Assembly (NCBI RefSeq): GCF_009834535.1
Contig: NC_045697.1
Coordinates: 49,230,001 to 49,294,000, forward strand
Source of the DNA: Camelus ferus
Lineage: Eukaryota
Direction of reading: 5' to 3'
DNA: 64,000 nucleotides
In this document: one piece after another, positions 40,471-53,566 of the stretch
Layout of the letters: each line of letters opens with the position of its first letter
Numbering within the stretch: position 1 is the stretch's first letter
Program-made: the position numbers and the translations under genes
The notes under the pieces: model-generated
Seen by the model: the letters and a program-made list of their open reading frames with translations, nothing else
What the model was told of the DNA's origin: nothing
Database searches by the model: none

Positions 40471-42971
40471 TAGAACAGAGTCTTCCTGCTGTCTGAGGAA
40501 AAGCAGGACAGCACAGAGATAATTGTGGCTGGCTGAGATCGAGTGGGTGAAAAGCATAGTAGAAGATGAGGTCAGAGAGGTAAAGGGTCCGTGTCATGTA
40601 AGTTCTCATATACCTTTTTAACTTTTCTATGATAATAATGACAATGATTAAAATTGCAAGATGGAATTGACATTTGAAATGACTACCTCTTTTGACAGAA
40701 ATTTCTAGAAAGCCATTCGATTCTACAATTGTACCCCTATCATGTTGATGCACACTCTACCATGCCACAAAGGATAATGTGGTAAGAAAGGGGTTACAGT
40801 TAAAATCTTGGCAGTGAACAGGACTATTAAACACGACCTCAGAGAGCAGGCTAACTCAACTCCCATGATGCCAAGCCCATAGATAAGAGATGCCAGCAGT
40901 ATGAATTTGCATTCAGTCCATCATTTTTTCATTCATTTATTCTCCACACCTCTCTAGTTCATTACCTCATTCCATCCAAGGGTGTTTCTTCTCAAGTAGT
41001 AAGAAAACAGCTTTTTGTATCTCCTTTCTTATATCATGGCTAATATAATTTATCATTATCATCTATGCAACAGCCATATAATTTTTTATTAAGACTTTTA
41101 ATTAAAAAATTTTTAAAGCAGCTAAAGAAAAAGCTATATTTTCATCTGCATTTTTCTCCATACAATACAAAATTAATAATTTAGAAAGAAAAAAGCTTTT
41201 AAATCAGATGGAAAATAAGCTATTTTCATTCATTTATCATCTGTAAGATGTCCAAAATTGCATAAGACCTTGTAGATTGAGGACACAAAACAAGGGTAAA
41301 CAGGATCTGATTTACTGATTGGAAAACTCTGTCAAAGTTATATATTTCTAAATAAGAAGGGAAAAAAGGAAGAATAATTTTACTTTCAGCCCTATACATT
41401 TTTTTAATGCACAGAACACTATTAAAGGGTGAGCATTCTATATAACATGAAGAACAGAGGAAAATTCTGTCCGTGGGCATGGCTAATGTAATCAACAGTT
41501 TAGTTATAAACTTTTTTTCTCAAAGCTGGAAACCCCCATGAAGCAACCACTGTTGGAACATCATTCAAACCTAAAAGAAAACTGAAGATAACCTAATGCT
41601 TTTTAATTTAAGCTTACTCCCTCTGGAACAGGAAATCTTTTTTTTTTTTTTTTTAAAGGGGGAAGCAAAACTAAAAGGGGTAGTCCCTTATGGTAATGAG
41701 AGGAGTTAATGATTACATAAATAGGTCTGGTAGCCTTCTAACAAGTGTCTCATCATCTGTAACAGCTTTCTCTTCTGAAGTAATTTTTCAGGGAGTTCCT
41801 GCCTATTCCTATCAAGTACCAAATTCAAATGTTTTCTTCTCAGCTTTTACATAAAACTGACAAAAGGTTACCATTAAACTAATGTCAAAACATTGCTAAT
41901 ATTGTCCTTAGAATTTCCAAGGAAAGACACTCTAAAAATTCATGCGAAAACCCAGTTCTGTGGCATACAATCCTTATTCTTTAGCATTCTTTTCATTCAC
42001 TCTTTAAACCAATGTTTACTAAGCCCCTAAGTATTAGACACTGTAATAGGTGCTTAAGACACAAAGAAAAAAATTTCAAGTACCTTGCCCTCAAAGAATT
42101 TACAGTTTATAGGGAGAGGTTATCATATAAACAAAAATTACAGTATGTGAGGTAAGTGCTGTTGTCCGAAATATACCTGAGGTGCTATGGGTCCACAAAG
42201 GAAGGCAACTACTTCAGCATGGGATGTGAGAGGTGCTGAAAGGAAGTGACAATTCAGTTGAAGACTGGAGGGGAAATAGGAGCTTGTCAGGAAAAGAAAG
42301 AGGACAGCATTCCAGACAGATTTAAATGTATGCAAAAGGTAGTGATGGCATAAAAGCATAGCATATGTGTGCAAGAACTTGCAAGATACACAGTATAGGT
42401 GGATAACATAATATGTGTTAAAAGAGTAGGGAGTTTCAAGCCTGGGGAGGAAAACAGGGGCCAAGATCATAAAAAAAGTTTCATGTGTAATGTTTAGAAG
42501 TTGAGACTTTTCTGAAATGGCTATGCAAAGCCATGAAGTGGGGGAGAAACATGATCCAATTTCAGAAAGGTCCTGTTTCTTCAAAGAACAAGATTATGAT
42601 TTAGCAAGAAGTTTTAACTAGAGGCAAGGAGATATGTTGATAAATTAGAGAAATTCAAGTCAGAAGTGGCAAGAGCCTGACCTAAATCAGTGTAACAAAT
42701 TTAGAATCAAAAAGGTTTGGTAACAAATTACGTGGGGCAGTGATGTATAAAGGATTAGTGTAAGAGAAACTAAAGAGTTTAAGCCAATTCCCAGATTTCT
42801 GACTAAGGCATCTGAATGGATAGGAACAAGATCAATCAACATAAGAGCGAGCTGCAGAAGCTTCATTTCAGGTCCCTATAGGTTATCACAGAAGTCATAT
42901 CCAGGAAGCAACTGAATTTATGGTTCAGAAAGAAATCTGAGACAGCGATTCAAATTCAAGAGTCCATTAAG

Positions 42972-43573
42972 TACATTAGTTTTCTATTGTTGCTGTAGCA
43001 AATTATCATAGACTTAAAACAACACAAATGTATTATCTTAGAGTTCTTGGGTCAGAAGTTCAACATAGGTCTCCACAGGCTAAAATCAATGTGTTGGCAG
43101 GGCTAATTCCTTTCTAGAGTCTCTAGGGGAGAATCCATTTCTTTTCTCATTCAGGTTGTTGGCAGATTTTGGTTCCTTGAAGATGCAGGACTGAGATTCC
43201 CTGTTTCCTTGTTGGCTGTCAGCTGAAAGCTATTCCCAGTTTGTAGAGGAAACTACATTCCTTGGTTTGTGGCCCCCTTCCTCCATCTTCAAAGCCAACA
43301 GCAGCAGATGGAGTCTCTATCATACTGGAGTCCCCCTCTTCCTCTTCTTTTGTTGTATCTCTCTGACTGACCTGTCTTCCTCTTTTACTCTTAAGTACCC
43401 ATGTGATTACACTGGGTTCCACTTAATGTATGTATATATCATAAGGTCCATACCCTTAATCCTATTTGCAAGGTTCCTTTTGCCATATAATGTAACATAT
43501 CCACAGGTTTAAAGGATTAGAGCATGGACACCCAGGGGTGGGGGGAGGGAGGTATGCATTATTCTGCCTATCA
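42972..43573 (-). mobile_element. MaLR solo LTR (MLT1-type) within L2
   Basis: gtacattagttttctattgttgctgtagcaaattatca...cttaaaacaacacaaat ... attctgcctatca. Confidence 0.75.
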
Positions 43574-43740
43574 TATTACCCAAATGGTGTAGGAGACCTG
43601 AATGCAGAGGACAGTGCCCGGAAAACACTGGTATTTAGGTACAGCTGGAGATGCATTTATGCAGATGCAGGCGCTGGAGATTAATTCAAGATGGAAATTA
43701 AGAAGGAGATTAAGCAGAAGTTTCAAGAAGAAAGATTTTT

Positions 43741-44369
43741 TAGAGCTACCATATGATTCAGCAATCCCACTCCTGGGCATATATCTGGAAAAAACAAAAA
43801 CTCTAATTCAAAAAGATGCACGCACCCCAATGTTTGTAGCAACACTATTTACAATAGCCAAGACATGGAAGCAACCTAAATATCCATGACAGTTGAATGG
43901 ATAAAGATGATGTGGTATATATAATACAATGGAACAATACTGTCATAAAAAAAAGAAATATTGCCACCTGCAGCAACATGGATGCCCTAGAGAATATCAT
44001 ACTAAGTGAAGTCATTCAGTCAGAGAAAGATAACTTTTATATGATATCACTTATATGTGGGATCTAAAAAATAATACAAATGAATCTATTTACAAAACAG
44101 AAATAGACTCACAGGCATATAAAACTTATGGTTACCAAAGGGAAAAGGGAGGGGGGAGGGATAAATTGGAGTTTGGGATTAACAGATACACACTACTATA
44201 TATAAAACAGATAATCATCAAGGGTCTGTTGTATAACACTGAACAATATTCAATGCCTTGTAATAATCCATAATGGAAGATAATTTGAAAAAATATATTT
44301 AACTGAATAATTTTGCTATACACCTGAAACTAACACAATATTGTTAAGTCAACTATACTTTCGTTAAAA
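43741..44369 (+). mobile_element. 5'-truncated L1 with TSD
   Basis: Encodes ELPYDSAIPLLGIY. TSD aaagattttt at 43731-43740 and 44370-44379. Confidence 0.85.
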
Positions 44370-44574
44370 AAAGATTTTTACAAGGGGGAAAACAGTTGAC
44401 TGTCAAGGATCACAGAGAAGTCAAGCTATATAAGAAACCAAGAGTCTTTTGAACTTGATTATGTAAGGATAACCAGTAATTTATGATAGGTCTATACTAG
44501 AAAAGAGCTGACATCAGTAGGTTAAGAAGAAAATGAGAGAAAGGATGGGATGATGATGAAAGTGGTGGTAGTGG

Positions 44575-44942
44575 TAGTTTACTAGTGCTGCCATAACAAA
44601 CAGTACAGATTGGGTGGCTTAAACAACAGAGATTTATTTTCTCACAGTCCTGAACGCTGGAAAGATCAAGGTGCCAATAGGTTTTTTTCTCCCAAGGCCT
44701 CTATCCTTGGCTTGCATATGGCCACCTTTTCTCCGTGTCCTCACTGTGCCTTTTTCTCTGTGCACATGCCTCTGGTGTCTCTTCATCTTCTTTTAAGGGC
44801 ACTGTTCCTACTGGATTAGGGCCCCCACTCTTATAACCTCATTTAACCTTAATCTTCTTAAAGGCCCTATCTCCAAATACTGTCACAATGGGGTTTAGGG
44901 CTTCAAGCTATGAATTATGAGGGATGCAACTCAGCTTGTAAC
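44575..44942 (-). mobile_element. MaLR solo LTR (MLT1A/B-like)
   Basis: tgctgccataacaaa...gggtggcttaaacaacagagatttattttctcacagt...acctcatttaaccttaat. Confidence 0.75.
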
Positions 44943-45479
44943 TATGATGATGATAATGATGACAACAATGATCGCTGCTAACATTTATGGAGCACTATGT
45001 GCCAGGCACAGTGCTAAACACTTCACATGTATTGTCATTTGATCCTCGAAGCAACCCTAGAAAGAACTAGTATTTCTCTCATTTTATCATTTGAAAAGCT
45101 GAAGCAAAATCATATATCTACAAGTGGCATAGCTGAAACTTGAATCCTGGTCTTGTAGCTTGAGCCCATGTTTTCAAACACTATGCTACCTCTACTTTTT
45201 AAATAGCTGTAATGGAAAGGAAATAAATAAGACAGCAACCAGGTGAGAATATGAAGATGATGAAGGTTTTTTGTTTTGCCTTTGTCTTATTTTTACTAGT
45301 CCAAAGCTAGGAATGGCTTGAACAGGATAATACACTAAATGGAAAAAAGCTCACAGAAAGGAAGAGGTTGAAGATTGGGACAGGGAAGAATCAATCTACT
45401 GCTCCACTTTTAGCTTCTGCCCTGATCTTGTTGAAAACTGAAAAATAAAAGTTGCATTGCACAGCTTAAATTATTCTCT

Positions 45480-46377
45480 CCACAAATAATTCTTAACTAC
45501 TTATCATGTGATAGGCACTATACAAGAATCTTATATACAAGAGTGAGTAAAACCCAGACACTGTCCTTGCCCTTATAATATTTAGAGTCTAGTGGGAGAG
45601 GCAGTACTAATTAAATAATCATAAAGGATTATATAATAATAAATTGAGTTAAGTGCTATGAAAGAAACAAACATTTCTAAAAGAGTATTTAATAAAGGAA
45701 CCTGATCTAGATCAGAGGGGGTCAGGGAAGACGATTCTAAAAGAAAATTACTACTGAGCTCAAAGCAGAAGGATGAGTAATATGTGCAATGAGGAAGGGG
45801 ATGGGAAATATTCTCGGCACAAGGAAGAGCAAAGCAAAGCAAAGGCCCTGTGGGTTGTGTGGGAGAACTATGATATATCTGAGGAACCGAAAAAAGGCTA
45901 GTAGGCTGGTGCTGAGATAACAAGGGGCAGAATGATAGAAGGTGAAGCTGGGGAGGCAGGCAGGGCCATAATAATGAATTTGGTCTTAATTTTAAAGATT
46001 GTTGGAGTATTTTAAGGGTATCACAGACACACAAGATTGGGTACGCCTTTTTAAAAAATCCCTCTGGCTCCACTGCAGAGACTAGGTTACAGGGAAAACA
46101 GAACAGATGCAATGTGATCACTTAAGAGACTACTGCAGATTCTCATGTTTCTGGCTTGCACAACTGGATGTAACTGGTAGGTGATGGTACCATACACTCA
46201 GATTAGCTACACTATATAGGGTAAGATTTTATGAGTTTGGTTTTGGGTATGTTGAGTTTGAGATGCCTCTTAACTACTCAAATGGGGATTTGAGTAGTCA
46301 GTTTATATACAGGTCCAGAACTCAGAGCAGAGCTCTAGATTAGACATATAACTTGGGAACCATGGGTGTATATACAT

Positions 46378-46408
<31 letters not shown>

Positions 46409-46700
46409 ATTATATATATATAAAATTACTGAAGCATGATCATTGACTAGACTGTCTAAGCTAGGGATACAGGAAAGAAAGTGTAATATCTAAGAAAGAT
46501 AAAAGACTATCTAGGTTAAAATCTTGAAGATAAACACAATATTTAATTAACAGGAAGGGGAAGATGAGTCTGTAAAGATGGAACAGCAAGAGAGGCAGGA
46601 GGAAAAGTATGAGTACAATATCATAGAAACAAAAGGAAAGAATTTCAAGAAGAGGTTCAAAAGTATGAAATGTTGCTGATAGACACCAACTCATATACTA
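45480..46700 (-). mobile_element. L2 LINE fragments (with CA/TA microsatellite ~46368-46420)
   Basis: gtttctggcttgcacaactggatg...atgagtttggttttgggtatgttgagtttgagatgcct. Confidence 0.65.
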
Positions 46701-48379
46701 TCAGAGTTTAAAGAAATCTTACAAATCATCCAATGCCCCATTATTTCCCAAATTATCAGGATTCAGGTAATACCCTGGTTAACTAGTAGAATCTAGATTA
46801 AAACTATATAGTTCCCAATGCATAGGCCAGTACTCCTTTCATACACTCATTTGCCTGGTGACTATTATTTGTCTCAGTTTTCCTTTTAAAATTAAATTAT
46901 CTCTATTACTTTAGTTTTTCACCAAACTTCTGGCTATTTTAATGCCATACTTCTGGAGCTTCTCCAAGTCTTTAAGTCATAATCCATTCTAAGAGAAGTC
47001 TTCACTAAACTCAATTAGGCTGTTGATTGATCTGGCTCTGCAACCAGAAAAATAAGTTGCCACCCACTCTCACCATCCCTTCTAAAACTATTATGAATCA
47101 GTATCTCAGAATAGCATCCTATACTCTTTGTATTCAAAGGAAAGACTGCTTAACCGGGAAACAATTGGAAGAGAGACCTAGAAAATAACTCTTTGACTGT
47201 CAAGTTGACATATTCAGTCATCCTCTCTTGCCCAGGTAAAATTAGAAGTTCAGCCCCAAAGAGATAAAAGGAGGGAGAAATAAAGGAAGGAGAAGAGAAA
47301 TGACAAGAATGCAGGAAGATGGGACACAGTGTCTTTCCTCTTCTTTTATTCAGTGATTTTACATGACAGAGACATGAGTACCCTGTAGCCAATTCTAAAT
47401 TGTCTTTTGAATGAAGAGAAACATATTCCACAGATAATCAATCCAATGGTGGATAATTCAAAAATCATTTGTTTTTGAAATATATTTCATTTGTTGGGGC
47501 AGTAGTGGTATTTTCAAAGCAATCTTAACATCTGAATTTGGTTTATGACTGATAAACTTATAATACTTTAAAATAAAGAGAAATCCTATCCAAACATATA
47601 TCAAGACAGGCTGAAAAGACTGCTGCAGTCCCTGTCCCAAACCCTGCTCCTCACTCCATGTTCCCAAAGAATAACATCACCTTTCAAACTGATGCATTGT
47701 CTCAACACAGCTGCTGGGGTTTTTTTTGTTTGTTTACATTTAGACACGACATTCTAGTTGTTTCACACTGTCAATACCAGTCTCTGAAATAGATGGTTAA
47801 TCAAAATTTTTTATTTAAGAGGCTTCCTTTCTACACTTATGTAGGATTAGAATGAATGAAGACCTTTTGTGTATTATTGAAAGCCTTAAGTAGAATATAT
47901 GACAATGCTAATAAAATTTGGAAGTGGATATTTGATTCTAGTTCAGGATTCCTACATCGTTTAATCCTAATGCACCTAATCAGCATAACTGATTATTATG
48001 GTATATCCTTTCATACTATCTCAGCATGAGTAAACTGGTTCACTAACCAGAGAGACTCCCTTTTCCAATCCAGAAGCACAGTACAGGATTCTGAGGTTTC
48101 TCACTTCTTCATGCCACTCCTTCTTTATCCGCTGCAAATATTAAGTTTTCCTGAGATTGAAGCTATCCCAATTTACTCTTCCTTGCCCTAAGATAGGTCC
48201 AGGCCAGTAACAGGAATTAAGGATAGAGGGAAGTTGTGACAACACTTTATAACAACTCTCAAAGACAATATTATTACATAATACCTAAGTTCTCTAGTAC
48301 TTGTGGGCTTGAATTTTAGGTACCTTGAAAGTCAAATAGATTTTGCAAGCCAAGATACATAAATATACTTATTGACACT

Positions 48380-48720
48380 TGATCTCACTTATATATGGAA
48401 TCTAAAAAAACAAGCTCATAGATACAGAGAACAGACTGGTTGCCAGGGTGGGGGTTGGGGAGTGAGCAAAATGGGTGAAGGGAGTCGACAAAGATACAAA
48501 CTTCCAGTTATAAAATAAATAAGTCACAGGTATCTACTGTATAGCATGATGACTAGAGTTAATAATAACACTGTATTGCATAGCTGAAAGTTGCTAAGAG
48601 AGCAGATCTTAAAAATTCTCATTACAAGGAAAAAAAACCCTGTACATATGGTGGCGGATGGTAACTAGACTTACTGTGGTGATCATTTCACAATATATAC
48701 AAACATTAAATCATCATGCA
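48380..48720 (+). mobile_element. L1MA-like 3' end
   Basis: gatctcacttatatatggaatctaaaaaa...gaaagttgctaagagagcagatcttaaa. Confidence 0.75.
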
Positions 48721-51700
48721 TATCATGCATATCTCCTATATGCAAGGCAAACAGAAGATCAAAGAAAAATCAGACAAGGTTCCTTCCCAGGAGGAAACCT
48801 CTCAAGTTTAAGAATCATCCTCATCATTTAAAATAGGAAAGTATGGTTCTGATTTCCTGACCAATAACTCACAGATTTCTTGAATATCACCCCATCAACA
48901 ATCCTTTTGCTAATTTTGTAGGTGTTAGTGATATACATTTAACTCATATTTAGCAAATAGTTTATTCTGTGTCCCTCATGTCTCTTTGTAAGGCAAATAC
49001 AAATGTGGTAGTTCTCCAGCACACATTTACTTCAGAGAATAAACAAGTAGACTGTATAAATTCCCTTGCTCTTAATGCTGTTGAACTTTACACTAATTCA
49101 ATCCTCTAACCTGTCAAAGCCACTTGGTAGTTTAGTTATTCACACAATTTGGAATGGCCTGAATATGTAATGATAGTACTGAATGGCAAGTAAAAGACAT
49201 TAATATCTTTCCCTACAAGGGTAAAAATCAATAAAGAATACAAACAAAAAGCCACTTAATTCAAGTTTTTAGAGAAACAAGAAAGGGTCAACTCACAAAC
49301 TTTTAAATTTAAAACCAAGAAATAACCTTTTAAAAATAAAGTTTATAGATATTTTAAATTCAATTCTATATTATAATCAATTAAACTAAGGATGCAGAAA
49401 GATAAGTATGTGAATAAATTTTGAAATAAAAGCAAGAGAAAGGGAAGAGGTGACAGTAAGAAAATTAATAGAACTTTGGCCTTTGGACTTTCCAAAGCAA
49501 ATCTCTACTATTAGATTCTTCCCCTGAACCATGAATCCAAAGGTAACAGGAAAGAAGTCACTATTGCTGCTGTTTACACATTTTAATTCAAAACACAGGA
49601 AAAAAATGCCTTAGCTATGGAAAGAAAGACAAACATAGTTGTTTCTGCAGCAAACACGGTATGCTTGCTATGTCTGCGTGTGTATGTACATAAATAGGCA
49701 GGAAATTCCTGCTCTTTTTCTCACCTTTTAAACAACTAGTTTCTTTTCTTTTTGCCCAAGATTAAAGACAGACATGAATTCCTTTAAACATAAGAATCAG
49801 CAATGATTGATTTCTAGAATTATGAAGCTTAGTACGTCAGTAACTTAATATATGTACCTTATCAAATCTCTATTTCACTCAAAGATAAACTCTTCCTTCA
49901 GAGCAATATGTACCTTGTGGAACCCTCTACCTATAAAGTTATAGGAAGCTTAGGCTCAGTCTCCACATTATCTGGTAACCAGACTCACGTAATGCATTCA
50001 GACACTCAAAGGTTCCATCTGCAGTACTCCACTCCATGATAATCTTTATTTCTAAAGAATACAAACAAAGCCATTGTTACAATGGCTAGCAAGTGGTTTT
50101 TTCCTAGTATAAGCAAATAATCTTAATACTAAGATGAAAAATACATTTATGCTTATTAAGGCATTCATGAGAAGGAAAGCAGAAGTTCTTGGTTAAATTC
50201 TAAGTGAAGTTTGGCTCTACTTAATCTTATTGCACAGAATGCAACTTATAGTTATGAGAAATTAGAACCTTACTCATAAAGGCTTCCTGTCCAACCATCT
50301 AGAAGGGATTCCCCAAGTTTCCAAGATAGCTGCTATCTACAATAGTCAGCATACCATGAGAAGCTTTTGAAGAGAGAACAAAAACATTGCGACAGCACAG
50401 CTTTGATTATTATTGATAAAAACCAAAATGGGCTGCTATCAATGTTTAAGAGTAAATTCTTCTCTGAAGGTTTAAGACAAACAAACAAAAACCAAAAAAC
50501 TTAGTAACAGAGATTGCCTCAGGGGAGGACAGACCTGTCTTTGGTATGTCAGAATTATTTTAAAACCATGTGTATATACACAGATCACACTGAAAGTCAG
50601 TATGATGTAATGGATTTCTGGATCCAGAATGCCTCACTTCAAACCCCAACTCAGCCACTTTCTAGCTATGTGATCACTTAATAACTATGTGACATTGGAC
50701 ATTTTTCTTATTTCTCTGTATCCAATTTCCTCATCTGTCAAATGGTAGTAATAATTGTTCCCCTCACTGGGCTGAGAAGAATCAAAGAATTAACAGAGTC
50801 TGGCACACAATAGGCGTTATGTAAGTATTAGATATCACTATTTTTAACTTTTTCTTTTGAGTTAATTTTAGACTTACAGAAAGTCGCAAAAACAGTACAG
50901 GTATCCTCATCTCCATCACTTCCCTTCCCCTAATGTTAGTATCTTTTATCACCATAGCATAATTATCAAGAATACGAAATGAACATTGGTATGATATTGC
51001 TAACTAAACAACACATTTTATTTAAATTTCACCAATTTTTCCATTAACATTCTTTTTCTAGGATCCTATCCAGGACCTACCTATATTGCATTAAGTTACT
51101 TATACTTAGTCTCCAAGATGTGATGGTTCTTCTTTGCAGACACAAACTTAACCAAATGATCAAAGTAAATATCACTAGTCATAAGACGTATCAACAATAT
51201 AAACTCCCTGATGGTACACTAAAAAGGATATAACAGCATTTGGTTGTTTTCTTGCCAAAAATGCATAACCTCATTCCAATTATGAGAAAATATAAGATAA
51301 GCCAAAATTGAAGAAGATTCTATAAAATAACTGACCACTAATCTTCAAAAGTATCACTACTTTTTTAAACTCTTTAAAAATTAAGAGTAAATTATCTTTT
51401 TAATGAATATCTGTAAGTAATGATAACACCCCAAAGTTTGGTTTTGTAAAATTCTAATTTCCAGGTAGTTCTCTACCTATCAACGAAGCCTAATTCAAAA
51501 GTTTATTTGGATTCCCTTTATTTCCCACCAGGACGATTTTTTTCATGACAGAACCTATATTTCAAGTTCCTTTGTGGTAACTATTTTAGCAGGCTAGCCA
51601 AGAAATTTAACTAAACTAATATATATTATTTTTCTAGGAAAAAATGTATTATGAGTCTCAACTTGAGATGTTAGGAATACATTTCTTTCTCTTATTCACT

Positions 51701-53566
51701 CTTTCCCCAACCTGATGGGCAACAGAACTCTGCCTCTTTCCTGGTCTATCTAAACACATCCAACACCCCAGTACTCTGCAGCTATTAAACAATAATGCTG
51801 GTTCTTGGTAATCCCTAGATCTGCTCCCCCCTTACTCTAAAACTACTTCTCTTTTTCCCTAACTCTGGCATTCCTGGAAATCTGAGACCTGTTTCTGGAG
51901 CCCTTAGTTTTGGCGATATGCTCACATGCCTCTTTTGAGGCTTTCCAGGCTCAGCTTTGGATTCTGCACATTCTTCAGATTTTGAGAAGACACCACAGAT
52001 ATAAGTAAAAGTCTCCCTCCACTAGTCTAACTCAAGTGGGCTTTTTCATTGCTACTGTCCCATGACTCTAGTACTTAGTATGTTAAATGATTTGGGGAAG
52101 AGTTATATAATCTCTTGAAACCTCATTTTCTTCTTTAAAAAGGGGATATCGGTGCCCTTTCTTACAGAATTATTATAAGGACTAGTGAGACACAATATAA
52201 AATACTCGGCACATGGCAGGAATCCAACAAACGATGGCAATTATTATGGTCTTCATCACCCATTCTGCTACCATCAACAAGCACAGATGCAAGGTGAGAG
52301 TTAGGAAACCAGAGCTGAGGAGTAAGCCACATTTCCCTGACCACATCTCATACTGCTCACCTACCTACACATTAAAATTAAAAGACTAGAGAAGCAAGAA
52401 ACATGGAAAGTAAGCTAGATTATGTATGCTTCTCAGGTGAAACCAGGAAGTTAGGAAAGTCTTAGAAACAGAAAAATGAGAAGAACATTCTGTTGACTTT
52501 TTATTAAAAAGGAAAATAGCATTCAGCATAACCTACAAAACAAAAGTAATACACAGCCTATCTAAATATTTGAAAGAGTTGTTCCTGTTTTGACTCCAAA
52601 AGACATTCATTTAGTCTAAGGACCAAGATAAGAAATATAATATTTGTAACAAAAAATGTCCTTCCAGTTTTGTTTTTGTTTTTGTTTTTGTTTTTACATT
52701 CCTGACTATATCCCTATTTAAAATATTACATTTAGTTAAAGTTCATTTTGGCAAGCCATGGGTACTAAAATGCTCCTTATAAATCACCATTTTATTTAGC
52801 CTATTTTCTAAAAAATATAAATTAATCCAATGCAGCTTCATACCTTACATACATAGCTCCTCTAATATTCACATGCAGGACTCATCTCTCCAGGCAAGAT
52901 CCTTTTGTGCATTACTCTTTATCCAACTAGCCTTGAAATAATAACTGCCAGATCTATTTTTCCCTCTCCTTCAGCTTCTCTGAGTTGCAGAAAAAATAAT
53001 AAGGGAAGCTACTGCACAATTTTCCTTCCTCTTACTGAACCAAGCCTCTTTCAATTAGTTGTTTGTAAAATTGCTCATTGCTAATCTCTCACATGTTTCT
53101 ATCCCCTAACAATAAGCACATTGTTTCCCAACTTGGAAAATTAACATCAACATCCACATTGACCTGGCAGTTGTAGATTGCAGTCATTTTCCAGGCGGCC
53201 AATAAAGCCATGCACAGAGCTGCCTTTGTTGTGAGAAAAATGATTTCTCTGAAGTTTATGGTGATGTTGAAGCTGTTTTACACAACCCACTGCTCCTGGC
53301 TCAAATACATGCAAATAGCAGCAAACATTCTGTGAGGAGTATAGAGGACACAGAAAAGAGAGTTTAATCTATTCAATGAGAAAAAAGAACTTGACTGTTT
53401 TTTCTTCTAAATTTTAACATACGAGGTCTTACAATTTTACCTAAAACTCTAAAGAAAGGTAATTCATTTTCAAACCCAAGTTTTTTTCCCTTATGAATTA
53501 TTGTGAAAACAAATCAAGTAGCTTCCCTTTGACACCTGTTAATTATGCTCTAATAAAATCAACTTG

